Origin: Hyaloraphidium curvatum SAG 235-1 | Taxonomy: Eukaryota; Fungi; Monoblepharomycota | Length of the DNA: 64,000 nucleotides | Assembly (NCBI GenBank): GCA_025558095.1 | Contig: JAIVFI010000008.1 | Coordinates: 248,001 to 312,000, forward strand | Direction: 5' to 3' | In this document: positions 36,901 through 48,080 of the stretch, piece by piece | Position numbering within the stretch: the first letter of the stretch is position 1 | Layout of the letters: each line of letters begins with the position of its first letter | Translations under genes and position numbers: made by a program | Notes under the pieces: model-generated | The model's input: the letters and a program-made list of their open reading frames with translations, nothing else | Told to the model about the DNA's origin: nothing | The model's database searches: none

Positions 36901-39900
36901 TCGAGCTGCAGGCGGGCACCCTGGACAGCAAGCGGATCGCCGCCGCGGCGCTGGTGATCGAGGTCGGCAGCTTCTCGTCCGTGGGCCAGCTGCTCACGGC
37001 CATGGGGAGCGCCGAGATGAACCTCAACGCGGTGCCGGTGGCGCCGTCCAACGCGGGGACGGCGGTGTTTGCGACGGTGGCCATGACGTCGGTGGATCTG
37101 GGCAGCAATCCGGACTGGAAGTGGTCGATCCCCTCGATCGCAGCCGAGACGTCGATCCCTGCCGGGTTTGTGCTTCTGTCGCCGTCGCTAGAATCGACTC
37201 GCTGATCCCCGATTTGCAGGCTCGTCGTCGCGGCGGACTTTGGATTCCCTTCGGACTGCAAGGGCGAAAGCATCTGCCAGACCTTCAGGGGATTCATGGG
37301 CAGCGCGCGGCTGCGCCTCGCCATCCGTGTCAAGTCGGACGAGTTCGCCTGCGCGGCGTCGCTCGTGAACCTCAAGATCAACAAGGACCTCACCCTAAGC
37401 AAGGTCGGCTTCGAGCTCGTGCTCGGCAAGAAGACGCGGCTGGCGGTGGTCGGCGAGCTCGTGGTCAAGGTGTCGGCGACTCAGTCCCTGACTTTCGGGG
37501 TGGGCCTCGTCCGGCGTGGCTCGTCTGCAGTGGCTGATTGGCGCCTCAGGCCGAAGTCGCGGCAATCTTTACGCCTCCCAAGGTTGAGCTCAAGGGGTAC
37601 ATGGCCGGGATGTGGAGCAACGCCTTCGGGATCCCGCGTTTTGCCGTGGGTTTTGAGCGGCGCTACAGATCGTCCGCCCCATCTGAATGCGCATCCTTTA
37701 CAGGTCGGCAACATCGTCATTGCCCTGGGGGTCACGGCCACCTCCCCCGTCCTTGGCCTTCCCATGCCCGCGTTCACCTTGGGCGGCGAGGTAGTTGCTG
37801 ATCTACGACTCCCTTGTCGTTGTCTGACGAGTTGCCTCTGCCCCGCAGATCGCCATCGGCCCGCAACCTTGTTACTACGGCGACACGCCGCCGCCCAAGA
37901 CCTTCAAATGCACGGACTGGACGGACGCCGAGCTCAAGTTTATCCTGGATCCGAAACAGGACCAGATCAACGGCGGCCCGGGGTCGACGGAGAAGATGTT
38001 CTGCGAGCGGGATCCCACACGGCAGTGGTACGCCGATCGCACGCTGTCCACGTGCGGCTGCAGATGCTGCACACTCGCGCCGTCGGCACCGAGGACAAAG
38101 TGCATTTCGGCAGCGGGGTGGGTCTGCTTCGATAGTGGGCGCGGAATCCGCTGACGTTGTCTGCAGCTACATCGGCATCGATCCTTCGAACCCTGACGCG
38201 AACTGGTGGGTGGCGTGGCGGGCTGACGGGGATGCGCGCGCTGACTCGAGCGCTCTGCAGGTTCGGGGTCAAGGTCCGCAACCTCGTGCTCCAGAACATC
38301 TTCGACGCCTTCGTCGACGGCAGCCCCCAGCTTCCCTCCGTCCTCGGCGAAACCGGGTTCCCGGGCATCACCACGGCGTCATTCTCCGCGCTCTCGGAAC
38401 AGGAACCCGTGCCGGGAGTCAAGTTCCCGAAGGGAATCTACTTCAAGGGTGCTTTCAACATTCTCGGTGAGTGCCGTTGGCCGGAGAACGGGACGACCTC
38501 TGAACCGCTTCCGGTCTGCAGGGTACAAGGGTCGTGCCGAGATTGAGATCAACCCCACCAACGGATTCCTTGTGGACATCGCCCTTGCCCCGCTGAAGTA
38601 TGTTGCCGCCTACGATCGAGCTCCCCATTATGCTGACTCTGCTTGCAGGATCGGCGGCGACATCTTTGTCTTTGTCAAGAACCGCACAGCGCTCAACGAA
38701 GGCCCTTTCCTCTACGTCGACGCCCGCGGCTCCAAGATGATTATGCCGACCATCCAAGGCTCGGGCCTTATCTCCCTTTTCGGCGACGTCGTCTCCGTGA
38801 GCATTGGCATCGTCCTTGTTGTGCGCCATCTGATAACTTGCTATCCTCCCTCAGGCTTCAGCCATCGTGGACATCGTGATGCCCAACCGCTTCCGTGTTT
38901 ACCTGGACGCGACCTTCTTCTCCTTGGAAGCCAGGGTCAACGTTACGGCCGACCTCAGCGTGAAAGGCTGGTCCAGCATGGCGGTTTCAGCCTACGTCCA
39001 ACTCCGGTTGGATCCTCGTTCGCAATCGATCGAAACTGAGCGCTTACCCTCCCGGAACGCAGGGGCCTCGACACCTTCGCCAGCAAGGTCCTGGCCCAGA
39101 TCTCGGCGTGGTGCCAAGATGGAGTTAAGGCCATGACGGCGGCGCAGAGCGCGGTGAGCGATGCCCGGGACAGCGTGGAGCAGACTTTGCTCGGAGGTGG
39201 GTAATTGCTTCGCTTTCTACTGCTGCTCGGGCTGACTCGCTGGCAAGTTTGTCGGCACGACCAGTGCGTCACGGCGATCAAGGAGAGGACAGACTGTTCC
39301 TGTAAGTCGCATCTTCGGTGTCCGGTGACGACAATGGGTTTGACACGAGCTCCTCCAGCATGGAAGCAAACTCTCCGGTGCCCCGAGATCCGACGGGGCT
39401 GCAGCTTCTTCGACTTCGAATGGTGAGCAGAGCAGATGCCCTTTGTAAGATCGAATCCTGACGCTCGAACGCCCCGCAGCCACGGACACAATGTACGGAC
39501 TTTGGTGGCCCCTGCTGCGTGATGCTAACCTGCGTCCTTTCACAGTTCCTTGCTTTGAACTGCGGGCTGGCGGAGCAGATTATCGAATGGATCTGCCAGG
39601 CCTGGACACTGATTCGAGGTGCGCCCCGCGGATCCTGGCTGGTTCCGGTCTGGTCCTGACTCTCGACTGCAGAGGTCATTGTCGACGCCCTGTGCGATAT
39701 AGGCTGCGGCGCCGCCAAGTTCGCAAACTCGGTCGCCCAGGCCGCGCTCGGCGCGGCCGAGGTCGTCCTGGAGGCCGCCAAGACGGTCGCCACCATCGCC
39801 TCCAAGGCGCTGGATGCCATCTCCAAGGCCCTGCTCGAGGCGCGCAACTTCTTCAGCATATCGTCGATGAACTCGGGCTTCGACCTGCGCCTCAGCGGCG

Positions 39901-40554
39901 CTACAGCCGCCACAGGCCGTTTCTATTGCGACGTCGCTGGGATCATCGCCGGCCGCTCGTGGAGCGTCGGCTTCGAGATCGACCTCGGGGACCTCATCGG
40001 AAGCGGTGGGGTTTCGCAATGTGGTCGCCTGGCCGGCGATCTGACACCTGCGCCCGCCAGCGATCCGCCTCTTCAGCCAGACCGTCAAGGGCCTGATCAG
40101 CTCCATCTTCGGCCGCAAGCGCCTCGAAGAACGAGAGGTCCTCCTCATCGGACCCGATCCCACCGCCGATCCCACCACCCCCGCGCTGCTCGACGCCTCC
40201 CCGGTGCCCGCGCTGCCCGGTGCCCCTCCGATCCCGGACCCCCGGGTCCAGGAGATCCACCGCATCCTCTCGGACCCCGCCGTCGTCGCGCTGCTCTCCA
40301 ACGCCCGCATCTTCCGCGCAGCCGGACTGCTCGGCGGGGAGGATGTTTCGATCGACGCGCAGTTCCACCCCGGCGGCGCGCACGGGCTGCTCAACCACGC
40401 GGGCGAGTACATGGGCGACATACCGCACCGGCACAAGTGGGGCGACAGGAAAGCTAACCGCAAGCGGAGCGAGATACCGACCCTCTGGACCGAGGAATCG
40501 CCGCATGGGCAGGATGGGCCGTGGTGGGAAGAGGCGGTGCGGGTGCTGGAGTGA
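33907..40554 (+). CDS. Very large secreted LamG/beta-rich protein, copy B
   Basis: Leader MAPRGAILRGWRAAALALAALLALAASAAA; paralog of 14323-20932 with a diverged LamG domain and C-terminal third and a near-identical middle. Confidence 0.8.
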
Positions 40555-40751
40555 CGGGGCGGCGATACCAAGCAGCCTGCGCCTTGCAAAGTCGAGGTTA
40601 CCACGACATGTATCTGCGCGGCATGTATTGGATATCCGCGATGACATGGTGGGGGAACGACGCGGAGCCCAACACGACGCGGCATCACACTTGCCACCGT
40701 CTGAGAACGCCTGCGGCCGCGGCGGCGGACAGAAAGCCGCCCACGCCCAGC

Positions 40752-42611
40752 ATGGGCCGCTGGACACCTCTGCGCGGAGTGCGCGTCGACGTCGCGGCGC
40801 GGCTGCCGCTGTGGGCCTCGGACTGGCGCGACGGCCTCTTCCACCGCCGGCCGCCCGGCTCGCGCCGCGTTTCGCCTTCGATCCTCGCGCCGGCGCTCTA
40901 CATCTTCACGGCGTCGGTGCTCCCGGCGCTCGCGTTCGGGCAGCAGATGGCCGTGGCGACGGGCGGGCTGGCCACGCCGCTGCAGACCTTGCTGTCGACC
41001 GGCATCGGGGGCGTGCTCCAGAGCGTCGTCGGCGGGCAGCCCCTCCTGATCGTCGGCGTCGCCGAACCCATCGTGGTCATCTGGGTCATACTGTACGGCT
41101 TCGCCGAGGCGCGGGGGATCGCGTTCCTCCCCTGGTGCGGCTGGGTCTGCACCTTCACTGCGGCGATGCTGGCCATCCTAGCGGTCACCAACGCCTGCGA
41201 TGCGGTCGGGCTCTTTACCCGCTTCGCCGGCGAGTCATTCGGCCTGCTCATTGCCATTCTCTTCGCGCAAGTGGGGATCGTGGGCGCCGTACACGAGTTC
41301 AGGCCCGAGGGCGGCGCCGGCTGGAGCCCATGGACGCTCGTCAACGGGCTTTGGGCATTGATTTTGGCTCTGGGGCTGGCGATAACCTCGCTAGGAACCA
41401 GACATGCCCGCAGATGGAGGTATCTGCGCGATTTGCTGCGGGGCTTGGTCGCGGACTACGGAGTGCCGATGCTCGTCGTGGCCTGGAGCGCGCTCTCGTT
41501 TGCCGTCGCTTGCACGGACTGCGGGGAGCCGGTCCCCCGGCGCGTACAAGCACCGGATGCGTGGGCTCCCGGTGCGCTGGCCGGGATCACCAGCACGGTG
41601 CCGGCCATGGCCTCGGTGCCGGGCCCGTACATCGCCGCTGCCCTGCTGCCGGCAGCGATCGTCGCCATGCTCTTCTACTTTGACCACAGCGTGAGCGCGC
41701 AGCTGGCCCAGAGCCCGGATTTCGGCCTGCGGAAGCCGTCGGCCTACCACTACGATCTGCTGCTCCTCGCCGGGACCACGCTCGCGCTGGGGCTGCTCGG
41801 GCTGCCTCCCGTGAACGGCGTAATACCGCAGGCGCCGATGCACACGCGCTCACTAGCCGTCGTCGACGACGCGGTTGTGGAGGAGCGGGTGGAGCTCCCA
41901 GAGCACGAGCCTCCGAAGCGGGACATCGAGAAGCAGGAGCTTGGCGAACTTTCTGCCCAGGATCAGCTGGAAAGTAACCTTGAGGAGCCCGATACCGACC
42001 GTCCTGCCGCTGCTCAACCTGCCACCGAACCGCCTGCGGACGTTCCGCACCACCCCCACATCCGCGTCACCGAAACGCGGCTCGCCAACCTGATCCAATC
42101 CCTCCTCTGCTTCGCCGGCACCGCCGCCATGCCGCTGGCCCGCCTGGTGCCCTCCGGCGTGATCTGGGGCTACTTCCTGTTCCTCGCCCTGGAATCCCTC
42201 CCGACCTCGCAGCTCTTTGAGCGCCTCCGCTTCTGCCTCACCGACCCCGCGCGGCGCCGCGCGGCGTTTTCCCGCCCGCACGCGGCGTGCCTCCGCACCG
42301 TGCCGTTCCCGACCCTCGCCTGGTTCACCGCGCTGCAGGTGTTTGTCGTGCTGGGCATCTGGGCGTTCGCCGCCTTCGCGGGCCCGGCGGGGGTGGCCTT
42401 CCCCGTGCTCATCGTGGCGCTGGTGCCGCTGCGCAGGTACGTCCTCCCGAGGTGGTTCGGGGCGCGGGAGCTGGCGGAGCTGGACAGGGCTGAGTGGGAG
42501 GAGGAGAGGGGGGAGCCGGCGCCCGAAGAGGCGGAGGAGGGGGGCGAGGTGGAGGGAGGGTTCGCGGGGGTCGAGCCGGTGCGGTGGGTGGATCCTGCGG
42601 CGGATGCGTGA
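40752..42611 (+). CDS. Borate exporter / SLC4 anion transporter (BOR family), intronless
   Basis: ILAPALYIFTASVLP, GGQPLLIVGVAEP, FTRFAGESFGLLIA, FYFDHSVSAQLAQ, LRKPSAYHYDLLLL and NGVIPQAPMHTRSL. Confidence 0.93.
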   Translation: MGRWTPLRGVRVDVAARLPLWASDWRDGLFHRRPPGSRRVSPSILAPALYIFTASVLPALAFGQQMAVATGGLATPLQTLLSTGIGGVLQSVVGGQPLLIVGVAEPIVVIWVILYGFAEARGIAFLPWCGWVCTFTAAMLAILAVTNACDAVGLFTRFAGESFGLLIAILFAQVGIVGAVHEFRPEGGAGWSPWTLVNGLWALILALGLAITSLGTRHARRWRYLRDLLRGLVADYGVPMLVVAWSALSFAVACTDCGEPVPRRVQAPDAWAPGALAGITSTVPAMASVPGPYIAAALLPAAIVAMLFYFDHSVSAQLAQSPDFGLRKPSAYHYDLLLLAGTTLALGLLGLPPVNGVIPQAPMHTRSLAVVDDAVVEERVELPEHEPPKRDIEKQELGELSAQDQLESNLEEPDTDRPAAAQPATEPPADVPHHPHIRVTETRLANLIQSLLCFAGTAAMPLARLVPSGVIWGYFLFLALESLPTSQLFERLRFCLTDPARRRAAFSRPHAACLRTVPFPTLAWFTALQVFVVLGIWAFAAFAGPAGVAFPVLIVALVPLRRYVLPRWFGARELAELDRAEWEEERGEPAPEEAEEGGEVEGGFAGVEPVRWVDPAADA

Positions 42612-42780
42612 TCCACTTTCTGCGAGCTTGTATCGGAAGATACATTCTCGTCGCGGTCGTCAGTACCTCGCGAGAGTTTGTGCAGAATGTGTGGGAGGTG
42701 ATGCGGCAAGGTCCGATCGCCGGCCTGATGACGTGTCCAAACAAACCAACTTCTCCCCCTCGCGCAACCGGCACCTCGCG

Positions 42781-43486
42781 ATGCCGCTCCCCCTCGACTC
42801 CCTCAACCACATCGCCCGCTCCTCCCCCCGCCCCCTCGCTCTCGCCGCCTTCTACTCCCGCGTCCTCGGCCTGCGCCCCGTCCGGCGGCCCGACCTCGGC
42901 TTCGCGGGCGCGTGGCTCGGCGTGCCGGGCGACGGCAGGGTGCTGCTGCACATCATCGAGGCGCCCGCAGGGGCGGAAGGCAGAGCGGCGCCGGAGCGGC
43001 CGATGGCGGAGGGAGGGGACGCGAGCAGGAGGCCGCCGGAGGACCCGCAGGGCGTGGCAAAGGGGCACCACCTCGCGTTCCGGACGGAGCGGTTCGACGA
43101 GTGCAAGAGGATGCTGGGGGAGATGGGGGTGGAGTATTTCGAGCAGACGGGGGTCGGGAGGTGGGAAGGGGGTGAGGACGGCGGGAAGTCCGGGGACGGG
43201 TGGGGCGAGACGAGGCAGCTCTTCCGTGGGTCGGCCGCCGCGCGGAGCGATAGCGTTCTGAGCTCATCCCCTCGTCCAACTGCGTTTCGTGCCCACAGTC
43301 TTTGACCCGGACGGCAACGGCGTCGAGATCTCCGAGCTGCCGCGCGGGCAGCCTCCGTTCGTCGACGCCACACCCGGCGCGACCTCGGCCGAAGAGGCGT
43401 CGCCAACTGAGGACAAGAGAGCGACGCGGGACTGCAGGTGGTCCCGATCCGATGGAGATGGCCGACCTGGTGCCTGTTCAACGTAG
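42781..43486 (+). CDS. Glyoxalase/VOC-family protein, one intron near the 3' end
   Basis: LNHIAR..FYSRVLGL, GAWL, HHLAF and QLF|LFDPDGNGVEI. Confidence 0.85.
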
Positions 43487-43607
43487 CTACACGGCAGCGA
43501 CACCCGAGTACGCTTTCCACTTCCCTTGCCGCTGCGCTCCTCCCTTGACTACAAGATCCACCTCATCTTCCCGACGTCCGGCAGCCCCCGTGGTCCCCGA
43601 TCCCAGA

Positions 43608-44147
43608 TCACGTCGACGCTCGTCTGGGCACGAGCGTCCTGTCTCCGACATCCGCAGCCTCGTCGGCCTCCGGATTGTCCTTGACGGGCGCACCCGGCAT
43701 CTCCTTCTGCAATGCGGTCGAGTCCGAAGCTGCCGAGCGCTCGGAGAGCATGGAGTCGGCCGGCACGGCGGCCGAGAGCCAGGGTCCGAGCACCGCCTCC
43801 TGCGGCGCCTCCTCCTCGTCGTCCTCGCTCCATTCTGCCCAGGCATCGCAGATGCCGCGCACGAACCGCTTGTGGCACGGCGGGCAGTCCGAGGTGCGGG
43901 CGTGCGGGCACGGCGGGGCGGCGCCGCGGGCGGTCCAGAATGCCGGGGGCAGCGCCTCCGCGAAGAACGTGTGCCGAACGTCGACGCCGTTTGCCCACGG
44001 GGGCGGCAGCCGCACGGCGGCCCTCACGGCGAACGGCAGCGCGGGGAACGCGAGCAGCCGCTGCGCGGCGGGCGGCGGCGGCGCGCGGGTGGCCGAAGCG
44101 GCGGCGCGCGGGGCGGCGGCCGGCGCGGGCTCGGTGCGGATGGCCAT
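43608..44147 (-). CDS. Hypothetical protein with a small Cys/His cluster
   Basis: ATG-initiated ORF with plausible composition (CPH..CPPCH..C and an acidic tail); no family recognised. Confidence 0.4.
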   Translation of the reverse strand: MAIRTEPAPAAAPRAAASATRAPPPPAAQRLLAFPALPFAVRAAVRLPPPWANGVDVRHTFFAEALPPAFWTARGAAPPCPHARTSDCPPCHKRFVRGICDAWAEWSEDDEEEAPQEAVLGPWLSAAVPADSMLSERSAASDSTALQKEMPGAPVKDNPEADEAADVGDRTLVPRRAST

Positions 44148-44863
44148 CGCGGCGCGCTGGTTGTCGCGGCCTCGAATGCGTTCGCAGCGGCGGTTTGCAG
44201 GGGTTCGGGCCGTCGGGATGGCGGCCCGTGGAATAGGCTCTTTGCTTTCGGACGCTCCGGGTCTAGCCCGCGGTCCACTCGGCCTCCGCCGCCGCACCGC
44301 CCTCGTTCCCCATGCCCCGCATGCAGCGAGACGCCGATGCGCGGATCAAGCCATAGCAGTCTCCCAATGTATGTGCGGGGGCGATCCGCGGCCGCAGCTT
44401 CCCACACCTTCCCGGACGGCGCCGTCCCAACGGCCGATACCAGCGACGCCCAGAGCGTCGGCCGCCCGCCGAGCGGCGACGCGGACGCCAACGCTGCGGT
44501 CTCCGCCTGCCTGCCACGGGGCCGCGAGGACCCCGGCCGCCCCCGGCACCACCGGAGCTGTGCCTCTGCTATGGAACCCTAGAGCTGTTGCGGTTGGAGG
44601 CGCCCGATACAACCCCGGCACGGCGCCGAAGCTCCGGCGGCTAAACAGCCCGTGCGGCCCATGCGGCCCCGGGATGCCGCGTCCTCGGCCCAGGAAACCC
44701 CGTCCTGTGCCGCGCCTTGCGCATCCCTCGTCCGAATGCAATCACCCGCCCCAGCGCCCGCATCCGTCCGCTGCCTTCCCGCACCGTCCGCATCCGCATC
44801 CGTGCAGCCGGCACCGCGCCGACGCCCCCGCGCCGCCGCCCCCGCACCACCTCCGCCATCCCG

Positions 44864-44994
44864 TGTCAGGACGGGGCGCGGGGGACCCGTAAAGACCTGT
44901 GTTGACGACGTTGAGGAGTCACTACACAGCACTGCGCCTAGTCTTCCCTCGCCGGGGACCACCGTCCCCCTTGCCCCGACGCCGGCGCGTTACA
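44864..44994 (-). repeat. 3' LTR (131 bp)
   Basis: Exact direct repeat of 50208-50338, preceded on the minus strand by a G-rich polypurine tract (about 44995-45010). Confidence 0.97.
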
Positions 44995-47900
44995 TCACCC
45001 CCCCCCAACCGCCGCGTAGGACCCGGCTTGTCCGGAAAGCGGCGGTGAAAGTCGGCAACGGCGTCGGGGGCGTGCTGGAGGTGCTCCCACGGTTCCCATG
45101 AGCGCTCCGATGGAGGAAAGTCCTTCCAGTCCACCAAGTACTGCAAGTGATTGCGGAATCGGCGGGAATCCAGGATCTGGTTAACCTCGTACTCGGGTTC
45201 GCCGTCAATGATGTCCGGGGGTGGAGTCTCTGCGACGCGGCCGGGAAAATCGGCGGTGTCCGAGGGAGTATAGGGTTCGAGAAGCGAGACGTGAAAAACG
45301 TCATGAATGCCCATCGTGGGCGGAAGATCCAATCGAAACGCAACGGGATTGATCTGCTCCTTAATGCGGTAGGGCCCGAGGTAGCGAACGTCGAGCTTGC
45401 GAGACGGTCGACGCGTACGAATATTGCGCGCCGATAGCCAAGCACGGTCGCCGACGCGGAAAACGGGAGCATCCTCACGACTGACGTCTGCGGAGTCTTT
45501 GTAGCGTTCCTGGGCCCGCTGGAGGTTCTCGCGAAGGACGTCGTGGAGGGCGCGAAGCTCCCGGATGCGTTCCTCGGCGGCGGGAACGCGCGGCGCGTCG
45601 GGTGCTAAAAGGTCGGCTCGCGGGTCGTAACCGTAGTTGGCGCGGAAAGGCGACATGCCAATGCTGGCGTGCACCGAGTTGTTGTACGCGAACTCGGCGA
45701 GCGGGAGCTGATTGAACCAGTCGTCCTGGGCGTAATTGACGTAGGTCCGGAGGTACTGCTCCAAAATCTGATTGATGCGCTCCGTCTGGCCGTCCGACTC
45801 GGGGTGCGCGGCCGAGGAGCGGTAAAGCTTGATGTCCATGAGTCCAAGAAGCCTTTCCCAGAATTTGGCGATGAATTGCGGTCCGCGGTCGCTGACGATG
45901 TCGAAGGGGAAGCCGTGGAGGCGGAATATTTCGCGAAGGAAGAGCCGAGCGGTGTCGTCGGCGGAGAAGTCCTTCCGCGCGCCAGCGAAATGAGCCTGCT
46001 TGGTCGACCGATCGGCCACGACGAGCACGGCGTCGAATCCCTCGGACTGGGGCAGGTCGGTGACGAAGTCCATACTGATCGAACGCCAAGGTCCGTCCGG
46101 GATTGGAAGTGGCTGGAGAAGGCCGTGCGGGGCATGGCGCGGGGCCTTGGTTCGCGTGCACGTCTCGCAGCTCCGAATGTAGCGGGCGACGGTGTCCCAA
46201 ACACGCGGCCACCAAAAATCTCGCAATATGAGCTCCACAGTCTTGCGAATTCCGAAGTGGCCGGCAGTAACGGCATCGTGACGGGTTCGGAGAAGCTCCG
46301 TCCGAGACTTGCCGACCGGCACGAAGATGAGACCGTCGCGGTAGAGAACGCCATCGAGAAGATGGAAACGAGAAACGGACGCGTCGTGAGCCTCCAGAAG
46401 AGCGATAATGCGACGGGCGAATGGGTCCTTGGCCGTATCGCGACGGATCATGTCCAGGAAATCCAACGAAGTCGCGTGGAGCGCGGCGACCAGGTGCGGC
46501 CCGAGGAGCGTGACGCGCTGTTGCGTAGAGACATCGTCGAAGTTGCCCGGAACGTAGTCGGAGCGGCGAGAAAGCGCGTCGGCGACGACTTGATCGGTGC
46601 CGGGTCGATGCTTCAAAACAAAGTCGTAGCCCGCGAGGGTCATGGCCCATCGAGCCTGACGGCGATTGAGCATCTGCTGCTTCATGAAGTACTCCAGGTT
46701 CTTGTGGTCCGTGAAGACGTCGACTTTATGCGGGCTACCCTCGAGGTATCGCCGCCACGCCTTGAACGCGTCGACAACTGCGAGTAGCTCCTTGTCGTAG
46801 ATCGGGTAGTTGATCTCCGCCGGCTGGAACTTCCGGGAATGAAACGCCACGGGATGCATAAGCCCGTCGTTGGGGGCGGGCTGCGACAGCACGGCTCCGA
46901 GGGCGAAGTCGGAAGCATCTGCCTCAACTGTGTACGGAACGGCTGGATCGGCGTTACGCAGGAACGGAGCCGAAGTGAAAGCGGATTTGAGCGCATCGAA
47001 GGCTGCGCGAGCTTCCGGCGTGAAACGGAACGGATCGCCCGGCTTGAGCTTAGTGAGGTCCGTGAGCGGAAGTGTGATCTGCGCGTAGTCCTTGATGAAG
47101 CAGCGGTAGAAGTTGGCAAAGCCGAGGAAGCTTTGGAGCTGGCGAAGGGTCGCAGGCTCGGGCCATGAGGTGATGGACTCGACCTTGGAGGGGTCCATGA
47201 TGACCTTGCCGTCGCCCACGATGAACCCGGCGTACTCGACGGTCGTAACATCGAACGAACACTTGGAGAGCTTCGCGTACAGGTGGTTGTCCCGGAGGCG
47301 CTGCAGAACCTGGCGCACATGCCCCGCGTGATCGGCTTCGTTCTCTGAGAAGATCAAGATGTCGTCGAGGTAGATCGCGACGAAGATGTCGAGTACGTCA
47401 TGGAAGATGCTGTGCATGAAGCGCTGGAAGATGGCCGGCGCATTCATGAGGCCCATGGGCATGACGAGGTACTCGAACTGGCCGTAGCGGGTGCGGAAAG
47501 CCGTCTTCCACTCGTCTCCTTCGCGGACGCGAATCTGACGGTAGGCTTCGCGGAGATCCAGCTTTGTGAAGATCTTGGCACGGGAGAGGCGGTCCAGAAG
47601 GTCGGAAATGAGCGGGATCGGGTAGCGGTCTCGCTTCGTGATCCGGTTGAGACCGCGGTAATCCTCGCAGACGCGAAGCCCGCCGTCCTTCTTCTTTGCA
47701 AAGATGACTGGAACCCCGCTCGGAGAATCCGAAGGGCGGAGACGCCCCGATGCGGAAAGCTCTTCGATGTGCTTCCGGAGTGCCTCGGATTCGACTTCGG
47801 AGAGGCCGTGGAGACGTCCAGAAGGAGGGACTGCCCCTTCTTCGAGTTCGATTGCGCAATCGAAACCGGGACGATGCGGCGGCAGTGACGATGCAGGCTT

Positions 47901-48080
47901 GTCCGGGTCGAAGACGTCCGCGAAGTCGGCGTACTGCGATGGGACCGTGGGCTCGGCGGCGGCCGCGCTTGCAGCGCGCGCGGCGGGGTCGGAGACCATG
48001 GCGACGAAGATCTGTGCGTCCTTGCGCTCGCGACGCATCTCGGCGACAAACTGGCGCGCCGAGAGATTAGCGATCTTCAC
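44922..48080 (-). CDS. pol: Pol: reverse transcriptase, RNase H, integrase with GPY/F motif, and chromodomain
   Basis: YLDDILIFS; EADASDFALGAVL; HHCC zinc motif; SMDFV, SDRGPQF and GQTER; LGPYRI; EYEVNQILDSR..YLVDWKDF..SWEP. Confidence 0.96.
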   Translation of the reverse strand: MKIANLSARQFVAEMRRERKDAQIFVAMVSDPAARAASAAAAEPTVPSQYADFADVFDPDKPASSLPPHRPGFDCAIELEEGAVPPSGRLHGLSEVESEALRKHIEELSASGRLRPSDSPSGVPVIFAKKKDGGLRVCEDYRGLNRITKRDRYPIPLISDLLDRLSRAKIFTKLDLREAYRQIRVREGDEWKTAFRTRYGQFEYLVMPMGLMNAPAIFQRFMHSIFHDVLDIFVAIYLDDILIFSENEADHAGHVRQVLQRLRDNHLYAKLSKCSFDVTTVEYAGFIVGDGKVIMDPSKVESITSWPEPATLRQLQSFLGFANFYRCFIKDYAQITLPLTDLTKLKPGDPFRFTPEARAAFDALKSAFTSAPFLRNADPAVPYTVEADASDFALGAVLSQPAPNDGLMHPVAFHSRKFQPAEINYPIYDKELLAVVDAFKAWRRYLEGSPHKVDVFTDHKNLEYFMKQQMLNRRQARWAMTLAGYDFVLKHRPGTDQVVADALSRRSDYVPGNFDDVSTQQRVTLLGPHLVAALHATSLDFLDMIRRDTAKDPFARRIIALLEAHDASVSRFHLLDGVLYRDGLIFVPVGKSRTELLRTRHDAVTAGHFGIRKTVELILRDFWWPRVWDTVARYIRSCETCTRTKAPRHAPHGLLQPLPIPDGPWRSISMDFVTDLPQSEGFDAVLVVADRSTKQAHFAGARKDFSADDTARLFLREIFRLHGFPFDIVSDRGPQFIAKFWERLLGLMDIKLYRSSAAHPESDGQTERINQILEQYLRTYVNYAQDDWFNQLPLAEFAYNNSVHASIGMSPFRANYGYDPRADLLAPDAPRVPAAEERIRELRALHDVLRENLQRAQERYKDSADVSREDAPVFRVGDRAWLSARNIRTRRPSRKLDVRYLGPYRIKEQINPVAFRLDLPPTMGIHDVFHVSLLEPYTPSDTADFPGRVAETPPPDIIDGEPEYEVNQILDSRRFRNHLQYLVDWKDFPPSERSWEPWEHLQHAPDAVADFHRRFPDKPGPTRRLGGGDVTRRRRGKGDGGPRRGKTRRSAV

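Larger units (their letters stand above)
30550..40568. repeat. Right arm of the ~10 kb inverted segmental duplication
   Basis: Reverse complement of 14305-24315. Inner identity ends sharply about 17 nt after the stop codon of the smaller gene. Confidence 0.97.

Noticed and set aside
44922-44994. The pol reading frame runs into the 3' LTR
   Set aside because: This is common in compact LTR elements and not notable by itself
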